From the NCBI RefSeq assembly GCF_009914755.1, contig NC_060932.1: a stretch of DNA of 64,000 bases; one strand, given 5' to 3'. Shown in pieces: positions 61,937 through 64,000 of the stretch (its first letter is position 1; the number at the start of each line of letters is the position of its first letter). This stretch comes from the human T2T-CHM13v2.0 reference genome, Homo sapiens. The position numbers and the translations under genes were made by a program. The notes beneath the pieces are model-generated. The model saw nothing but the letters and a program-made list of their open reading frames with translations. It had not been told where the DNA came from and made no database searches.

Positions 61937-61981
61937 ACACAAACACACACACACACATACACACACACATACACACACACA
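61937..61981. repeat. (CA)n microsatellite
   Basis: acacacacacacatacacac... Confidence 0.9.
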
Positions 61982-62334
61982 TAGCTATATCACAGATAAA
62001 CTGCTGAAAACAAAAAACGGAAAAATCTTAAAAGCAACCAGAGGGAAAAACCCACATTGTTTTCAAAAGAGCGACAATAAAACTGACAGCTAAGCAAGAG
62101 AAAAAATGGATTAAAAAAATTGTTAAAGTGCTGAAAGAAAATAATTACCAACTTAAAATGCTATACTCAGTGAAAATATCCTTCAAAAGTGAAGGCATAG
62201 TAAAGACATTTTAGGGCAAACAAAAACTGAGAGAACTTATTGTTGGCATAGCTACATTCAAAGAAATACTGGAAGAATTTTTTCAGGCAGAAGATAATCC
62301 CAGATGAAAGCAGTAATGCAAGATGGAATAAACA

Positions 62335-62650
62335 GGCTAGGCGCGGTGGCTCACACCTGTAATCTCAGCACCTTGGGAGGCCAAGGCGGGCAGATCACCT
62401 GAGGTCAGAAGCTCTAGACCAGCCTGGCCAACATAGTGAGACCCCGTCTCTACCAAAAATACAAAAATTAGCAGGACGTGGCAACGCATGCCTATAGTCC
62501 CAGCTACTGGGGAGGCTGAGGCACAAGAATCACTTGAATCTAGGAAGTGGAAGTTGCAGTGAGCCGAGATCATGTGACTGCACTCCAGCCCGGGTGACAG
62601 AGCGAGACTGTATTAAAAAAATAAAAATAAAAATAAATTTAAAAAAAGAA
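62335..62650 (+). mobile_element. AluS
   Basis: Full dimer; TSD-like aataaacag. Confidence 0.94.
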
Positions 62651-62842
62651 GAAATAAACAGCACCAAAAAAGTAAAATTTCTAAATTAATATTTACTACA
62701 TAAAACAATAACACTGATGTCTTACAGAGTTCAAAATATAGAGAGACTTAAATATATGTTAACAATAGCACAAAATGTATGAGAAGGGTAAATGGAGTTA
62801 AAGTGTTGTGAGTTTCTTGCATTGTCCAGGATATGACATGTA

Positions 62843-63186
62843 CAGTTGTTCCTCTGTATCTATTAGGGATTTGATCCAGGACTTCCCACAGACACCAAAA
62901 TCCACAGATGTTCAAGTCCCTTACATAAAATGGCATAGTATTTGCCTATAACCTACACACATCCTTCCATATAATTTAAATCATCTCTAGATTACTTATA
63001 ATACCTAATACACTGTAAATGCTATGTAAATAGTTGTTTTACTGAATTGCTTAGGGAATAATAACAAGAGAAAAGTCTGTACATGTTCAGTACAGATGTA
63101 ATCATCCATTATTTTCCCCAAATATTTTTGATCAAAGCTTGGTTGAATCCACAGATATGGAACCAATGGACATGGATGCCAATTCT
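62843..63186. mobile_element. MER2 (TcMar-Tigger) element
   Basis: tacagttgttcctctgtatc...caagtcccttacataaaatggc...ggttgaatccacagat. Confidence 0.88.
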
Positions 63187-63248
63187 AGTAATTTAAGATA
63201 GGTTATAATAAAATAATGATACATGTTGCAATCTCTAGGCTAATCATC

Positions 63249-63336
63249 GTGTTCACTTTGGCAACATATACACTAAAATGGGAAGAATACAGAGAACATT
63301 AGCATGGCCCCTTGAGCAAAGATGGCAGGCAAATTC
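63249..63336 (+). pseudogene. U6 snRNA pseudogene, 3'-truncated (about nt 1-87 of U6)
   Basis: gtgttcactttggcaacatatacactaaaatgggaagaatacagagaacattagcatggccccttgagcaaagatggcaggcaaattc aligns to U6, including the ACAGAGA box and AGC; no Pol III PSE/TATA recognised upstream. Confidence 0.93.
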
Positions 63337-63623
63337 TAGGGTAATCACCAAAGAACAATAAAAGAATGTACAGTTAACAAGCTTTAGAGTAGGGAAGTGG
63401 AATCATTTTTTAAATGCATGAATAATCCAAAGAAGGAGAGAAAGGGGAAAAATTAACAAAAAAAAACCACATAGAACAAATAGAAAGTAAATTGTAAGAT
63501 GATGGGTTTAAATCATAGTGTCAGTAATTAAATATAAGTGGTCCAAAGATGCCAATTAAAAGACAAAGATTGTGAGACTGGATAAAAATAAACCTCAAAT
63601 ATAAGGATATGAAAAGAAAAGTT

Positions 63624-64000
63624 GTGTGGCAGTTTTAAAACATAGCCACAAATCCTTTGGCACCCCTCTCATTAAGAGATGGGGTCTGTCTCCCTTCCCC
63701 AATCTGTGTGGGCATGTGGTTCCTTCAACCAATAGAGTACAGAAGAAGTAACACTGCGGGACTTTTGAGGCAAGAGCGTAAAAGTCTATGCAATTTATGC
63801 CTTGTTTGGTGAAAGTCACTTTTGGAGCTCTGAGCCACTGTGTGAGAAATCTGACTACTCAAGTCTGCCATTTTATAAGGAAGTCCAAGTAGGCACTACA
63901 ATCAACAGTCCTAGCTGAGTCCAGTCTCAAGTTAGCCCAGTACAGGTAACAGACATGTGATTGAAGAAGTCTCCAGATTCTAGCCCCCAATCATTCACAT
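63624..64000 (+). mobile_element. MLT1G/H-type LTR (runs off the window)
   Basis: tgtggcag...cacccctctcattaagagatggggtct...caaccaatagagtacag...gaagtctccagattctagcccc. Confidence 0.75.

Noticed and set aside
63249-63336. Functional U6 gene
   Set aside because: 3' end missing, multiple substitutions, no upstream PSE/TATA recognised, and flanked by a TSD.

Overview
Primate (human-like) non-coding genomic DNA, intergenic or deep intronic. I find no supportable protein-coding gene; the ORF track is mostly Alu, L1 and simple-repeat read-through plus chance ORFs. Roughly half of the window is transposon debris: about 35 Alu/FLAM copies, many MIR and L2 relics, L1PA/PB/MA-ME fragments, MaLR solo LTRs (MST, MLT1) and DNA-transposon fossils (MER58, MER20, MER5, MER81, MER2, MADE1, ORSL-like). 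Between them are several repeat-free, AT-rich blocks rich in homeobox motifs that look like conserved developmental enhancers. I could not identify the locus, and repeat subfamily names and boundaries are by eye and approximate. I see no strong evidence for a new biological system. The most unusual features are: (1) an inverted MIR-derived pair about 87% identical with a shared private deletion; (2) two Alus sharing several non-consensus variants; (3) a tailless, TSD-flanked U6 retrocopy; (4) a near-pure poly(A) insertion with a TSD; (5) a candidate 126-bp minus-strand exon next to a putative conserved block.
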